43,802 bases of DNA, taken from positions 1 to 43,802 of the forward strand of contig JAADVB010000162.1 of NCBI GenBank assembly GCA_023334545.1. Reading direction: 5' to 3'. The notes below the pieces were generated by a model that had not been told where the DNA came from, searched no databases, and worked only from the letters and a program-made list of their open reading frames with translations. The position numbers and the translations under genes are program-made. Numbering within the stretch: the stretch's first letter is position 1; the number at the start of each line of letters is the position of its first letter. This document shows, piece after piece, positions 42,926-43,802 of the stretch. Source of the DNA: Salisapilia sapeloensis CBS 127946. Lineage: Eukaryota; Protista; Oomycota.

Positions 42926-43802
42926 CTTGTTCTTGATAGTAGACTTATATCGAAACAAGTTGTCTGCTTTAAGAGTTTACTTTCGTTTGGACTTTCAACA
43001 CCACCTCATGCTGGTTTGATAAATAATGTCATTAAAAAGTCAGGAGCGGAGTGTTCAAGAAATTCAGACCGAGTAATCTGTGTGTGCTGCGGGCATTCGA
43101 CTTTGAATTGGTGTGGCGACGGTAGCTACAAGTTACAGCAAGAGGTGCCAACAAATAAACCTTGAGAGCCTTCGATTAACTGTACGAGATGGACATTGAG
43201 GTTTTGGGGGCTGCCAAGATTTTTCAATCCGAGCAAAAATGCAAGTATGAGAAATGCGGAACTCCTTTTCAACGCTGTGGCGGTCTGGTATCGTCTTAGA
43301 GACATGGATACGGACAACATCCCAAGATGTAGAGCGATGGAGTCAGAAAATATGGCTTGCCATACAAGATTGGCCCTCATGCACAAACTGGTGTCTATGA
43401 TCGACAAAAGTTATGTTAAGAAAAGGCCAAGCAGATTTGAAACTATAAGAGAGGAAACAGAGGCGAGTTGGATTGAGCTCATCCGGATAAGATATCCGTA
43501 CTATCCATATCAGAGACCACAACTTCAACAACCAAATGGACACATCAAAAGTGTTTTTGTGAAGCGCACGACTTCTACCTACATACTCGAAATAAAGGTG
43601 CTCGCGATGCAAGATGGAGGACTAAAATCACACAGATAGCGTCAAGTACCCAAACTCCGAAGCATAGCTCCGATCAACCGGTTCACTCGTCGCTCCTCTA
43701 GCATCCTGTACCGCCAGCGATGACCAGACATCCCGTCTCGGGAAAGATGCCCATAAGGTTCGTGATGATGGACCAAAAGAGTGCGACCGTCATGTAACCC
43801 AG

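Noticed and set aside
43196-43639. 147-aa ORF near the window end
   Set aside because: No motif, signal peptide, promoter element or clear codon bias. It cannot be excluded without sequence beyond the window.

Overview
Eukaryotic, almost certainly oomycete (Peronosporales/Pythiales-like) genomic DNA. That assignment rests on oomycete INR+FPR core promoters, a GIP-like pseudo-protease, 'SVCRDATY' Cys-rich mucin-like proteins and an oomycete-type P450. I count about 21 protein genes, many split by very short GT-AG introns (51-77 nt) that I reconstructed by hand, so several ORF-track starts and ends are corrected here. The first ~10 kb is loosely packed and mostly secretome-type: a trypsin-family protease, a P450, a Ser->Glu pseudo-protease and a one-Sushi-domain secreted protein, with BUD32 among them. 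The rest is mostly densely packed: a B-box/AP2-like/pseudo-phosphatase protein, NOT4, ataxin-2, a PX protein, two tandem mucin-like surface proteins, a CaaX protein, an Arb2/FAM172-FYVE-AGC kinase fusion, an SDR, CTF18, coiled-coil proteins, a SHI/DUS1-like zinc-finger protein and ubiquilin. I found no rRNA, tRNA, CRISPR array or intact transposon. The strongest novelty candidates are the Arb2-FYVE-kinase fusion, the protease/pseudo-protease pair and the multi-domain pseudo-phosphatase. All family assignments come from motif recognition by eye; no database search was run.
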